Below are positions 31,694 to 41,940 of a stretch of 64,000 bases of DNA, in pieces. Position 1 is the first letter of the stretch; every line of letters starts with the position of its first letter. Made by a program: the position numbers and the translations under genes. The notes beneath the pieces are model-generated. The model was not told where the DNA came from. It searched no databases and was given only the letters and a program-made list of their open reading frames with translations. Source of the stretch: an uncultured Chromatiales bacterium (GTDB taxonomy: Bacteria > Pseudomonadota > Gammaproteobacteria > DATFLL01); contig CAZLQI010000011.1 of assembly GCA_964561765.1 (NCBI GenBank), positions 5,955 through 69,954 of the forward strand. Reading direction: 5' to 3'.

Positions 31694-32329
31694 TCAGCCC
31701 TTGAGCTTGAGCACGATGGACACCACCTTGTCGCGCTTGAGACGAGTCCGTGCGGCATTGAGTTCAGCGAGGCCCTTGAAGGGACCGAGGCGCACACGGT
31801 GCCAGGTCTGGCCGTCAATGGTAACAACCTGCACGTCGGCCTGGATGCCATGCGTCAGCGCCAGTCTGGCCTTGAGGCTCTCGGCCTCTGGGCCGCTGCG
31901 AAAGGCACCAACCTGCAAGACGTAGGTGGCGTGCGCATCCAGCACCGGCTTGCCCCCCTTGGCTGTAGACTTGTCCAGTGCCTGATTCGGCACCTGCACC
32001 TCCATATCCGGCAAAATGGTATAGAAGTCGAAGTGCGGCTTGCCCTGATCGGCGGGTCCGGGGAGCGCCTGCGGCGCGGACTTGTGTACGTCACGGGCAT
32101 CGCGCAGGTGGGTATTAAATGGCTTGGGCCGGGGCAGAATCGTCTCGGGCCTGAGCGTGATGTGTGCTACGGGCTGGTGGCTCAGGTAGAAGAGAAAGGC
32201 AACGAAGAGGCCGACAAACAGCCCCGCCAGCAGCCAAGTCCAGCTCGGGGGCGTGCGGCGCTGGCGGGTGCTACGGCGGCGCCGGGTATTTTTTCCGGTG
32301 CGACTCTTGTTGGCATAATCCTGCGCCAT
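31694..32329 (-). CDS. SPOR-domain cell division protein (FtsN-like)
   Basis: MAQDY, TM segment, FDFYTILP, LQVGAFR, WHRVRLGPF; directly downstream of argS. Confidence 0.88.
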   Translation of the reverse strand: MAQDYANKSRTGKNTRRRRSTRQRRTPPSWTWLLAGLFVGLFVAFLFYLSHQPVAHITLRPETILPRPKPFNTHLRDARDVHKSAPQALPGPADQGKPHFDFYTILPDMEVQVPNQALDKSTAKGGKPVLDAHATYVLQVGAFRSGPEAESLKARLALTHGIQADVQVVTIDGQTWHRVRLGPFKGLAELNAARTRLKRDKVVSIVLKLKG

Positions 32330-32330
32330 G

Positions 32331-34094
32331 CTACATGGTCTCCGGTGCGCTGACACCTAGCAGCCCCAGACCACCGGCAAGGACCAGGCGCACGGCCTGG
32401 ATGAGACACAGGCGCGCGTCGCGCAGGGCAGGGTCTGCGACCAGAAACTGATGGGCGTTATAGTAGGTGTGGAATTCGTTGGCCAGCGCGCGCAGATAAT
32501 GGGCCAGGCTGTGCGGTTCGTGGTTCAGTGCTGCGGCCTCGACCACCTCCGGGTAGCGTGACAGACTCGCCAGCAGCGCCTGCTCGTGGTCCGCGACGAG
32601 CAGGCTCACATGCAACAGGCCGTGCTCGCGATCGTGGACCATCGCCTTTTCGTCGAGCTGGCGCAGCACACTGCAGATACGCGCATGGGCATACTGGATG
32701 TAGTAGACGGGGTTATCCGCCGATTGTGACTTGGCCAGGTCGAGATCAAAGTCGAGGTGTTGCTCGCACTTGCGCATGACATAGAAGAAACGTGCCGCGT
32801 CATTACCCACCTCTTCGCGCAGTTCACGCAGGGTGACGAAGGAACCCGAGCGGGTCGACATCGGCACCTTCTTGCCGCCACGGTAGAGGATGGCGAACTG
32901 CACCAACAACACGTCGAGCCGGGCCGGATCATCGCCCAGCGCCTGCAGGGCGGCCTTTACCCGCGGCACATAGCCGTGGTGGTCCGCGCCCCAGACATCG
33001 ATGACGCGTGCAAAACCGCGTTCCAGTTTGTCCCTGTGGTAGGCAATATCGGAGGCGAAGTAGGTGGTCTGGCCGTTGTCGCGCACGATCACACGGTCCT
33101 TCTCGTCACCGAAGTCAGTGGAACGAAACCACAGGGCACCGTCCTGCTCGTAGGTGTGGCCTGCGGCCTGGAGATGTTCGATGGCGCGTTGCACGGCACC
33201 GGACTCGGTCAGTGAGCGCTCCGAAAACCACGTCTCATAGACCACACCGAAGGCCTGCAGATCATCACGAATGTCATCGCGCAGGGTGTTGAGCCCGGCA
33301 TTGAAGACGCTACGATAGGCATCCGGGCCAAGCAGCGCCTTGGCGCGCTCGATCACCGCATCGATATAGACCTCCTTGTCGCCGCCCTGCGCCTCGTCTG
33401 CGGGCAGATCAGCGAAGACGGTGGCAGCGCCGTGGCGCAGGGTATCGCCCTGGGTGGCCTTCAGGTCACGCGCGATGTCGTAGACATAGCCTTCACTCTT
33501 GTAGCCATTGGCTGGAAAGACGAGATCCTCACCACACAACTCCAGGTAGCGCAGCCAGACGCTGGCCGCGAGGATGTCCATCTGGCGTCCGGCATCGTTG
33601 ACATAGTACTCGCGATGGACCTGAAAACCAGCGGCGGCCAGCAGGTCGGCCACGGCCGCCCCATAGGCGGCACCGCGACCATGGCCGACGTGTAGCGGAC
33701 CGGTCGGATTGGCCGAGACAAACTCCACCTGTACGCGTTGGCCGTCGCCCACGGTTGAATGACCATAGGTCTCGCCAGCGCCCAGCACGGCAGGCACAAC
33801 GGCCTGGAAGGCCGTCGGGCTCATGAAGAAGTTGATGAAACCGGGGCCAGCCAACTCCACACGGCTGATCTGCGCCGAGGGTAACAGGGCACCGATCAAC
33901 GCCGCAGCCAGCTCGCGCGGCTTGCGCCGGGCCGGCTTGGCCAGCAACATCGCCACATTGCAGGCGAAATCGCCGTGCGCTTTGTCGCGACTGCGTTCGA
34001 TATGAATATCGACCGTGGTCTCGGTGGGGATGAGCGCCTGATCACGCAGGGCGTCGAGGGCGTCACTGAGCAGGGCCTGGAGGTGTGATTTCAT
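32331..34094 (-). CDS. argS: Arginine-tRNA ligase
   Basis: [49 protein letters not shown]. Confidence 0.98.
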   Translation of the reverse strand: MKSHLQALLSDALDALRDQALIPTETTVDIHIERSRDKAHGDFACNVAMLLAKPARRKPRELAAALIGALLPSAQISRVELAGPGFINFFMSPTAFQAVVPAVLGAGETYGHSTVGDGQRVQVEFVSANPTGPLHVGHGRGAAYGAAVADLLAAAGFQVHREYYVNDAGRQMDILAASVWLRYLELCGEDLVFPANGYKSEGYVYDIARDLKATQGDTLRHGAATVFADLPADEAQGGDKEVYIDAVIERAKALLGPDAYRSVFNAGLNTLRDDIRDDLQAFGVVYETWFSERSLTESGAVQRAIEHLQAAGHTYEQDGALWFRSTDFGDEKDRVIVRDNGQTTYFASDIAYHRDKLERGFARVIDVWGADHHGYVPRVKAALQALGDDPARLDVLLVQFAILYRGGKKVPMSTRSGSFVTLRELREEVGNDAARFFYVMRKCEQHLDFDLDLAKSQSADNPVYYIQYAHARICSVLRQLDEKAMVHDREHGLLHVSLLVADHEQALLASLSRYPEVVEAAALNHEPHSLAHYLRALANEFHTYYNAHQFLVADPALRDARLCLIQAVRLVLAGGLGLLGVSAPETM

Positions 34095-34257
34095 CGCGAA
34101 GATTCAGGAAAGGGTGTGTGTCTCAATGGGTCAGATGGCTGGGCGCACGGCGGCACTCAAAGCGCCCGCATTATAGCGTCTCGCCACCGGTATTGCGCCC
34201 ACTAGTTTATCGTGACGTGACGTGCAGACCGGGCGCGCCTGTCCATGGCAGGGAGGC

Positions 34258-36498
34258 TCAGTACATCTCCTGCGGGTCGACATCGAGTGACCAGCGTACG
34301 CGGCGCGCACGTTTGAGTGATTCCACCTGCAAGGCCCAGGGGGTGAGCAGACGGTGGAGGGCCGCGCGGTGTTCGGCCTGGATCAACAATTGCGCGCGAT
34401 AGCGCCCGGCCCGGCGCTCCATGGGCGAGGCCACCGGGCCGAGCAGCTGGATAGCGTCGCTGTGGGCAGGCAGCAGCGCACGGGCCCGTTCGGCGGCCTC
34501 GTCAAGAAAGGCCTGGGGGGCCTCGGCATCCACGGCCTCGGCACGCAACAGGGCGAGGTGGGTGAACGGGGGCAGGCAGGCGGCACGGCGCTCGTCCAGG
34601 GCCTCGCGGGCAAAACCGGCATAACCGTCACGCAACAGGGTCGTGAGCAGGGGGTGGTCCGGATGGTGCGTCTGGATGATCACCTCGCCAGGGCGTTGCG
34701 CTCGCCCGGCTCGCCCGGACACCTGAGTGATGAGCTGTGCCATACGCTCGGGACCACGGAAATCAGCGCTGTACAGTCCCTGATCGGTGTCGATGATCCC
34801 CACCAGGGTGACATTGGGGAAGTGGTGTCCCTTGGCCAGCATCTGGGTACCGATCATCACCCGGCCCTCGCCGCTGTGCACCGCATCGAGCAGGTCGTCG
34901 AGGGCCCCCTTGCGGCGAGTGCTGTCGCGATCGATACGCACGATCCGCTGCTCGGGAAAGTGCGCCACCAGGGCCTCGGCGATACGCTCGGTGCCAACGC
35001 CCAGGTCGCGCAGATCGACGCTGCCACAGGCGGGACAATGCGCCACCAGGGGACGTTCGGCACCGCAATGATGACAGCGCAGGCGGCGATCACGCTGGTG
35101 CACCGTCATGTGTGCATCACAGCGCTGACAGTGTGCCACCCAGCCACACGCATGGCACAACAGCGTCGGTGCATAGCCACGGCGGTTGAGAAACAACAGG
35201 ACCTGGCCATCGGCGTCGAGGTGACGGCGCACACACGCAAGCAGTGGCGGGGAAAGATAGTCCTGCAACGGCTGCTGGCGGAGATCGAGTACCTGTAGCG
35301 TGGGCGGACGGGCGGTACCGGCGCGATGTGGCAGGTGCAGGCGTTGATAGCGGCCCTGTTGCGCGTTGTGCAGGCTCTCCAGTGAGGGGGTAGCCGAGCC
35401 AAGCACGATGGGTACCCCGAGGCGCTGTGCGCGGACCAGAGCGACATCACGCGCCGAATAACGGAAACCGTCCTGTTGTTTATAAGACAGGTCGTGTTCC
35501 TCATCGACCACGATGATGCCGGGTCGGGCCAGCGGGATGAATACCGCAGAGCGCGTACCGATGACGATGGTAGCCCGGCCATCGCGCGCGGCCAACCAGG
35601 CACACAGGCGTTGCGCATCGTTGAGCCCCGAGTGCAGCACCGCGATGGGCACCGCGAAACGGCCCCGGAAGCGCGCCAGCAGTTGCGGGGTGAGGCCTAT
35701 TTCAGGCACCAACACCAGGGCCTGGCGCCCTAGAGCGATAACCTGCTCAATCGCCTGGAAATAGACCTCGGTCTTGCCGCTGCCAGTGACGCCATCGAGC
35801 AGGCAGGGCACAAACTGCTCAAGCCGAGCGCTGATGGAATTGACGGCCGCCAGCTGTTCCGGGTTGAGGCACGGCGCGGGCGCACGGCCCGCCTCGGCGG
35901 GTAGTGCACCCAGGCAGGAACGGGTCTCGATGCGCACCCGCCCCTTGTCCACCAGTCGGCCCATGGCATCACGCCAGTTGACCGTCAGGGTGTTGAGGGC
36001 CTCTCCGTCCAGACCGTCGGGATGCGCGTGCAGCAGGGCAAGCAACTGGGCCTGACGCGGTGCGCGGGTCGCCCCCCCTTTTGCCGCATCAGGCACAAGG
36101 CACCAGTGGCGACGCCCCACGCTCTGCGCGGGTCGGCCCTGGCGCAGCAGCGCCGGCAGGGCATTGTGTACGACCTCACCGATAGGATGGTGATAGTACG
36201 TGCTCGCCCAGCGTAGCAGCGCAAGCAGTTCGTCAGGCAGCATCGCGGTGTCGTCGAGCAGGTGACGGATACGTTTGAGGCGTGCCGCAGGCACCTCGGT
36301 CTGGTCGCGTTGTTCGAGGATCACGCCGATCACCTGGCCCCGGCCAAAGGGCACCACAACCCGTGCACCGATGGGCAGTCCGCCTGGCAGCCCCTCATGC
36401 GGGCCATCTGTCGGTGGCAGATAGTCGAAACCACGCCGCAACGGCGAGGGGATCGCAACATGTAAAAACAGGTGATCACTGGGAGGGGAATCGGACAT
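34258..36498 (-). CDS. priA: Primosomal protein N'
   Basis: GVTGSGKTEVY, DEEH, NRRGY, four CxxC motifs, QVSGRAGR, WSLDVDP. Confidence 0.97.
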   Translation of the reverse strand: MSDSPPSDHLFLHVAIPSPLRRGFDYLPPTDGPHEGLPGGLPIGARVVVPFGRGQVIGVILEQRDQTEVPAARLKRIRHLLDDTAMLPDELLALLRWASTYYHHPIGEVVHNALPALLRQGRPAQSVGRRHWCLVPDAAKGGATRAPRQAQLLALLHAHPDGLDGEALNTLTVNWRDAMGRLVDKGRVRIETRSCLGALPAEAGRAPAPCLNPEQLAAVNSISARLEQFVPCLLDGVTGSGKTEVYFQAIEQVIALGRQALVLVPEIGLTPQLLARFRGRFAVPIAVLHSGLNDAQRLCAWLAARDGRATIVIGTRSAVFIPLARPGIIVVDEEHDLSYKQQDGFRYSARDVALVRAQRLGVPIVLGSATPSLESLHNAQQGRYQRLHLPHRAGTARPPTLQVLDLRQQPLQDYLSPPLLACVRRHLDADGQVLLFLNRRGYAPTLLCHACGWVAHCQRCDAHMTVHQRDRRLRCHHCGAERPLVAHCPACGSVDLRDLGVGTERIAEALVAHFPEQRIVRIDRDSTRRKGALDDLLDAVHSGEGRVMIGTQMLAKGHHFPNVTLVGIIDTDQGLYSADFRGPERMAQLITQVSGRAGRAQRPGEVIIQTHHPDHPLLTTLLRDGYAGFAREALDERRAACLPPFTHLALLRAEAVDAEAPQAFLDEAAERARALLPAHSDAIQLLGPVASPMERRAGRYRAQLLIQAEHRAALHRLLTPWALQVESLKRARRVRWSLDVDPQEMY

Positions 36499-36649
36499 GG
36501 ACGCCACTCTAGCATGGTCACAATGAGGCGACCTATGCCATCAAATCCCCTCTTATCGCCAACCATTTGACGCGTCGACTTAGCATGATCATCTCAGTCA
36601 GATTCTAGGAGGTTTTCGCTAACTCTCTGTGCGGCTTTGAGAATATCCC

Positions 36650-36861
36650 TTATCCACAGAAGCTGTGGATAACTATGTGGATGAAAGGGGATCAACCGTC
36701 TCAATCCCGCGCTATTGTTACACTATTGTTAAATTGGTTACATTTCATACGGTAAAATAAACTTATATAAATCATCATGATATAAGATATTAAAGATCAC
36801 TGATGAGGATATATGCTGATCTTTCGAGAATGTTCTTGTCGTTCGCCAATTATGTGAATAA
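36650..36861. promoter_or_regulatory. DnaA-box cluster with AT-rich tract
   Basis: TTATCCACA 36650-58, TGTGGATAA 36664-72, TGTGGATGA 36676-84, TGTGAATAA 36853-61. Confidence 0.75.
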
Positions 36862-37126
36862 ATCCGCACAAAGGGAGGCGTGAGGGCTTGTTCTGTATGG
36901 GTGAGCTGTGCTAAGCACGGAGGAAATGCGATCAGTACAAGAGCGTATATGGGGCGAATTTTATCGTAGCGCCGTATCCTCCGGGTGCTATTGAGAGGAT
37001 CGGCCCCCCGAATGGTCCGATGGATAAAATGCAGAGATTCCAGCCGGTAGGCTACAGCCAGCACTCTCCCGCGCGAAGTATGATCGGCGTTGAACGGTGC
37101 GAGGCACGGGACACTCCCCCCTGTTA

Positions 37127-37681
37127 TTACTCAGTGTCATGACCGGGCGTGGGCAGATCATCGATGCTGACGGCATTCTTGGCGGCGCGATAGGCCTTGA
37201 GATTTTCCTCGCCCTTGTTGTTCGCCCAGGCGGACAGGTCATCGCGCTGGCCAAGGTAGTCCATGAGTGGCACGCCAAAACCGCAGGAGGTCTGCACGCG
37301 GGTAACGAGCAGGCGGATGATCTGGCGTGCGCCGGGCAGCTCGGGGAAGCGCGGGCGCAGGGCGTCCCAGCCTGCGTCGCCCGGCATCAGGACCTCGCCT
37401 TCGCCGTACAGGCGCAGGATACGTGGGGCACCGGTAAAGGCGCAGAACATCAGGGTGGTGCGTGCATTCTCAGCGATGTGCGCGGCGCTTTCGTTGTCAC
37501 TGCCGGTAAGGTCGAGAAAGGCTACCTGATAGGGGTCGAGAACGCGCAGGGTATCCAGCCCACGCGGCGAGACATTGATATGGCCCTGCGCCGAAAGCGG
37601 AGCGGTGGCAATGAAAAACAGCGGCTGGGCCGCGATCCACTCGGCCAGTTCGGGGCTGATCTCGGGGTGTACTCGTGCCAT
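37127..37681 (-). CDS. Pyridoxamine 5'-phosphate oxidase-like FMN-binding protein
   Basis: QPLFFIATAP, NVSPRG, LDLTGS.NE, LMFCAF.GAPRILRLYG, QTSCGFGVP. Confidence 0.88.
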   Translation of the reverse strand: MARVHPEISPELAEWIAAQPLFFIATAPLSAQGHINVSPRGLDTLRVLDPYQVAFLDLTGSDNESAAHIAENARTTLMFCAFTGAPRILRLYGEGEVLMPGDAGWDALRPRFPELPGARQIIRLLVTRVQTSCGFGVPLMDYLGQRDDLSAWANNKGEENLKAYRAAKNAVSIDDLPTPGHDTE

Positions 37682-38263
37682 ATTCGGGAGCTCGTTTACC
37701 TGGGTTATGGAGGGTACTGGTTCAACGCTGGACGGGATGATACCAGCACGTGCCATCACCCTGTGAAGTCACATGATAAAGTACATCAATACCTAATTTG
37801 GTGGCCACATACAGCGCTCTTGATTGCCAAAAAGCGGAACCGATTTGGATTAACCTGAATGGTGGAGGCGTTACCTTGTTAGGGATCTATTGCAACCAAT
37901 TAGAAAAACGCATTAATCTCCCATAACACATGATCGCAAATTTATTTTTTACTAATCGCATGCCCGCCGCCTTGGTTCTGGGGTATACGATTACAATCAA
38001 GCTGCATACACTCAGGCAGCGCCTCCGGGGTTCGTAAGCCTTGCTCACAGTGATATAACGCGCCTGGAGAAATACCGAATGCCGCACAGAACCTCTGTTG
38101 GCTCATCCCTGTCTGTTAGCGGATTGCCCTGACGTTTATTTCTTCCAGCGCAGGAACGCCGCTTACCCGGCGTCACCTGTACAGCTGTATTCCCGAATTA
38201 TCGTCGCAGAAGAAGGTGTGCTGAAACACCAAAGTTTGCGGGCCATACATATCAGCGGTCCCG

Positions 38264-38737
38264 TCAAGAGGGCGCAGACGTTCTCTTGGCACGCGGTGGC
38301 AAGGCATTCAAAGTCACCGGTCGTATACCGAAGTCATCGGGATGCAGCATCAGATCGGACAGGGTATAGCGATCGAGTGTTGCAGAAAAGGCATCGAGCG
38401 CCTCTTGAAAGATACCGCGCAACCGACACGTGGGAGAAATGACACAACGGTTTTCGACGGTGAAGCATTCGACCAGGGCAAAATCAGGTTCGGTTACACG
38501 CACGACACCGCCCAAACAAATCTTGTCAGGTCGGCGCGCCAGCGTCAGTCCGCCGGACCGCCCACGGACAGCCTTCAGATAACCCGTGCGTGTCAGCAGG
38601 TTTGCAATTTTCATCAAATGACTCCGCGAAATCCTGCAGACCTGCGCTGTCTCCTCGATGGTGATCAACCGCTCCTGTCTGGCTGCCGCATACATTAGCA
38701 GGCGCAGGGCATAATCAGAAAAGTGGGTCAGTTGCAT
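38264..38737 (-). CDS. nsrR: Rrf2-family regulator, NsrR-like
   Basis: MQLTHFSDYALRLLMY, ISRSHLMKI, RGRSGGL, three Cys in LVECF..NRC..PTC. Confidence 0.82.
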   Translation of the reverse strand: MQLTHFSDYALRLLMYAAARQERLITIEETAQVCRISRSHLMKIANLLTRTGYLKAVRGRSGGLTLARRPDKICLGGVVRVTEPDFALVECFTVENRCVISPTCRLRGIFQEALDAFSATLDRYTLSDLMLHPDDFGIRPVTLNALPPRAKRTSAPS

Positions 38738-38941
38738 GAAGACATCCTGCAGGCATGGGGCATGGGGACATGCTCTGGTTCGGTGAAGGAAGCATAAAGA
38801 TGACTTATTAAGGTATATTTAGCAAGTTATTTAACCTCTGCCTACCTTCATCGAAATTCACATAATTGCGCTATATTTATGAGTATATTCATATTTTCAC
38901 ATTAAATAATACTGCTGGATTATCGATAAAAGAATCGATAA

Positions 38942-38978
38942 AAGAATCATTGACAGTGTATCTTTAGGGGCGTACTTT
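38942..38978 (+). promoter_or_regulatory. sigma70 promoter overlapped by an NsrR-like box
   Basis: TTGACA(38950)-N17-TACTTT(38973); AAGAATCATTGACAGTGTATCTT resembles AAGATGCATTTnAAATGCATCTT; second box AAGATGACTTATTAAGGTATATT near 38797. Confidence 0.6.
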
Positions 38979-39072
38979 ACGCCCTGCAATGCTGCCCCTG
39001 TGGCGAATGTTGTCGCGGTGTATGTTAGCGGCAGCCTCCTGCGCCTTATTTCATCTTTCGAGGGACCCTTCC

Positions 39073-39333
39073 ATGTCAGATTCCATCGCTTCTCCCGTGC
39101 CTACCGAGGTCGACCTTCGCAGCCTCGCTCCTGCCCAACGCCATGCCCGGATTTTTGAGTTGGTCGATGCGTTGCTCCCCGACGCCGCCTTCGTTCTGAT
39201 CAACGATCACGATCCCAAACCGTTGTACTACCAACTCGAGGCCGAACACCCCAAACAATTCTCCTGGACCTATCTCGAGGAGGGTCCTGAGGCTTGGCGC
39301 GTCGAAATTCGCAAATTGCCACAGACCAACTAA
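39073..39333 (+). CDS. DUF2249-domain protein
   Basis: DLRSLAPAQRHARIF...LINDHDPKPLYYQL...WTYLEEGPEAWRVEI. Confidence 0.88.
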   Translation: MSDSIASPVPTEVDLRSLAPAQRHARIFELVDALLPDAAFVLINDHDPKPLYYQLEAEHPKQFSWTYLEEGPEAWRVEIRKLPQTN

Positions 39334-39383
39334 AGTGTGTTAAGCCCTGGACGCGCACGTGTCCAGGGTGCGGGAGGTATTAA

Positions 39384-40739
39384 ATGACGGGTGTCACGCT
39401 CTCGCGCTGGACCTTGGCGTACTTTGCCGTAGCACTGGCCGCGCTGCTCGCGGCCGAGGGACTGATGTCTGCGGGTTATGGTTATCCACAGACTTCCATC
39501 AGTGCGCCAGCAACCTTGGTGCTTGTGCACTTGGTTGTGCTGGGCTGGTTGAGCCTGTTGCTTTGCGGTGCGTTGTTCCAGTTTGTGCCGGTATTGGTCG
39601 CCAAACCACTCTACAGTATGCTGCTGTCCCTGCCCGCATTGGGCTTTTTACTGCTGGGGATCATTGCGCTGCTATCGGGATTTCTGCATCTAAGCGGTGT
39701 GTTCGAGGCGAACCTGCCGTTCTTTCCATTGGCGAGTGGACTACTTGTCATCGGTTTCGGACTGGTATTGTGGGATCTCGGCTTGACTCTCTGGAACGCA
39801 CGACCGTTGACTCTGCCAGCCCGCTTCATCGTGGTCGGTCTCTGTGGCCTCACCGCGACTGTGGGCTTTGGCGTCATGTTCGCGCTGGTGCTGGGGGGGG
39901 TCATCGGCGGGCCTGTCTCGATGCGATTGCTCGCCGACGAGCTCCCCCTGCACATCGTTGCGGGCCTGGGTGGCTGGCTCACCCTTAGCGCAATGGGCGT
40001 CAGCTATCGACTGCTCGCCATGTTCATGTTGGCCCCAGAGCAAGAACGCACAAGCAGTCGTGGGGCGTTCTTGCTTGGCGCATCGGCCCTGGGGGTCATT
40101 ATCCTTGGTGGTGGCGCCGCCATTGCCCTGAACTATGACTCGAAGTCAATCCTGCTGCTGGGTACGGTACTCGGACTGGCGGCCGTCGCCCTGTATATGT
40201 ACGATATTGTGCATCTGTATCGAGCGCGCAAGCGCCGCGTCATTGAACTAAACAGTATAATGGCGATGGCGGCAATGGCATCTCTGGTACTGGCGGCCGT
40301 GTTGATAGCCATCCTTCTCGCCATGGGACAACTTGCGCACCACGCCAGTGCGGTAGTATTTCTCGTCGCCTTCGGTTGGCTCTCGGGACTCGGCCTCGCC
40401 ATGCTCTACAAGATTGTACCGTTCCTGACCTGGCTGGAATGCTACGGTCCAATCCTTGGCAAGGAGGCCACACCCAGGGTGCAGGATCTGGTCGAGGAGC
40501 GACATGCACGCAAGTGGTTCATGTTCTATTTTCTGGGCGTCTGGGGCGCGGTGGCAGCGTTGTTGGTTGATGCTACAGCGGTGTTTCGTATTGCAGCGGC
40601 ACTGATGTTGGTCGCGACTGCGGGCATCATCATCCAGCTGGTGCGCGCGCGCCGCCTGGATGATGTGCCAATATCAGCGCGTTTTCCCACCGGCAGTTAT
40701 CGACCTCGACTCTTCATGACCTCAATACGCCCGGACTGA
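39384..40739 (+). CDS. Polytopic membrane protein with repeated (H)-x-GW helices
   Basis: About 12-13 hydrophobic segments; VHLVVLGW, LHIVAGLGGW, FGWL...YKIVPFLTW. Confidence 0.8.
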   Translation: MTGVTLSRWTLAYFAVALAALLAAEGLMSAGYGYPQTSISAPATLVLVHLVVLGWLSLLLCGALFQFVPVLVAKPLYSMLLSLPALGFLLLGIIALLSGFLHLSGVFEANLPFFPLASGLLVIGFGLVLWDLGLTLWNARPLTLPARFIVVGLCGLTATVGFGVMFALVLGGVIGGPVSMRLLADELPLHIVAGLGGWLTLSAMGVSYRLLAMFMLAPEQERTSSRGAFLLGASALGVIILGGGAAIALNYDSKSILLLGTVLGLAAVALYMYDIVHLYRARKRRVIELNSIMAMAAMASLVLAAVLIAILLAMGQLAHHASAVVFLVAFGWLSGLGLAMLYKIVPFLTWLECYGPILGKEATPRVQDLVEERHARKWFMFYFLGVWGAVAALLVDATAVFRIAAALMLVATAGIIIQLVRARRLDDVPISARFPTGSYRPRLFMTSIRPD

Positions 40740-40755
40740 CTGAGAGGAAATAACA

Positions 40756-41286
40756 ATGACCGTATATGTAGATCTCGATGTACGACCCATATTACGCGAT
40801 GGTGGCGAACCGTTCGAACAGATCATGGCAGCAGTAAACGCATTGCAGCCGGACCAGGGTTTGCGCCTACTCGCACCCTTCGAGCCGACACCGCTGCTGC
40901 ACGTGTTGGGTTCGCGCGGTTTTACCCACGAGATCAAGGAAGTGAGCGCTGGCGACTGGGAGGTTCTGTTCAGTCCACCGGCCACATCTTCTACGGAAGT
41001 AGCAACGGCACCCATAGCGGACACCAATGGTGCACAGTGGCCTGAACCCTCGGTGACACTCGACAATCGTGAACTCGACCCCCCCGAGCCGATGGTACGT
41101 ATCCTCGAAGCCCTCGAGTCCATGTCCGCAGGTGAGGTGCTGTCGGCACTCATGAATCGCGAACCGCTATTTTTACTGCCCGAACTTGCCAAGCGCGGTC
41201 ATCACTGGCACGGCGCCTTCGAACCGGATGGTACCACCTACGCCATCACGATACAGGTGGGAGCGCAACAGGGGGATACGCAGTGA
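40756..41286 (+). CDS. Tandem DUF2249/SirA-like domain protein
   Basis: LDVRPILRDGGEPF...APFEPTPL and LDNRELDPPEPMVRIL...REPLFLLPEL. Confidence 0.85.
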   Translation: MTVYVDLDVRPILRDGGEPFEQIMAAVNALQPDQGLRLLAPFEPTPLLHVLGSRGFTHEIKEVSAGDWEVLFSPPATSSTEVATAPIADTNGAQWPEPSVTLDNRELDPPEPMVRILEALESMSAGEVLSALMNREPLFLLPELAKRGHHWHGAFEPDGTTYAITIQVGAQQGDTQ

Positions 41287-41606
41287 ATCAACAGTCGGAT
41301 AATCCACTGATTGAACAGGCTGAGCAGGCATTGCGCACTGTTATCGATCCGGAGCTCGGTTTCAATATTGTCGATCTCGGCCTGATCTACACGATCACCG
41401 CTGATACTGCAGGTACGACGATCTGCGTGCAAATGACCACAACCACGCGTGGCTGCCCGGCAACGGGCTATCTGCAAGAGGGTGCCCACAACGCGATCGC
41501 TCAAGTCCCCGGGGTTGCAGGCGCGGAGATCACCCTGACCTACGACCCGCCCTGGACACCCGAGAAAATGAGTTCCGCCGCCAAACAACACCTCGGCATG
41601 TATTGA
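41283..41606 (+). CDS. DUF59/SufT-like metal-sulfur cluster assembly factor
   Basis: VIDPELGFNIVDLGLIY, MTTTTRGCP, DPPWTPE. Confidence 0.9.
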   Translation: MNQQSDNPLIEQAEQALRTVIDPELGFNIVDLGLIYTITADTAGTTICVQMTTTTRGCPATGYLQEGAHNAIAQVPGVAGAEITLTYDPPWTPEKMSSAAKQHLGMY

Positions 41607-41618
41607 GGGCCAACACCG

Positions 41619-41855
41619 ATGAGCGATAAGCAGATGGGTACAGACGATGTCTCGCCCGGTACACCCGGGCGAACGGTCGAGGATCTATCTGGGATTCTCA
41701 TGGACTGCCTCGGGACACTGGTCGCAGCCAACGAAATTGAAGCCGCATGCCGCTTTGCCGGGCGCGCTTGCGTGACACTTAGACACGACAATCCTAAGGC
41801 CGAGCAGCGTTTCAACGTCTTGCTACACCGGCTCACTCCACGCGTGTCGTGGTAG
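41619..41855 (+). CDS. Small Cys-containing hypothetical protein
   Basis: Co-oriented 12 bp after DUF59 with GAGGG RBS; ACRFAGRAC..LR...EQRFNVLLHRL. Confidence 0.65.
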   Translation: MSDKQMGTDDVSPGTPGRTVEDLSGILMDCLGTLVAANEIEAACRFAGRACVTLRHDNPKAEQRFNVLLHRLTPRVSW

Positions 41856-41940
41856 CTGCGCGAGGCATCCATGGCGCAATTCCAGCGCACTCGGCCATAG
41901 CCCTCAATCACCGGGCATCCTTGCCACCACCAACCCAGCC

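Noticed and set aside
36600-36870. Calling the DnaA-box region oriC
   Set aside because: Only about four boxes and no dnaA, gidA or parAB neighbours; skew cannot be computed here; kept as a DARS-like hypothesis
41880-41925. Minus-strand peptide GCPVIEGYG resembling an acyl-CoA ligase motif
   Set aside because: Only 9 residues, no following xTE and no flanking similarity; probably chance
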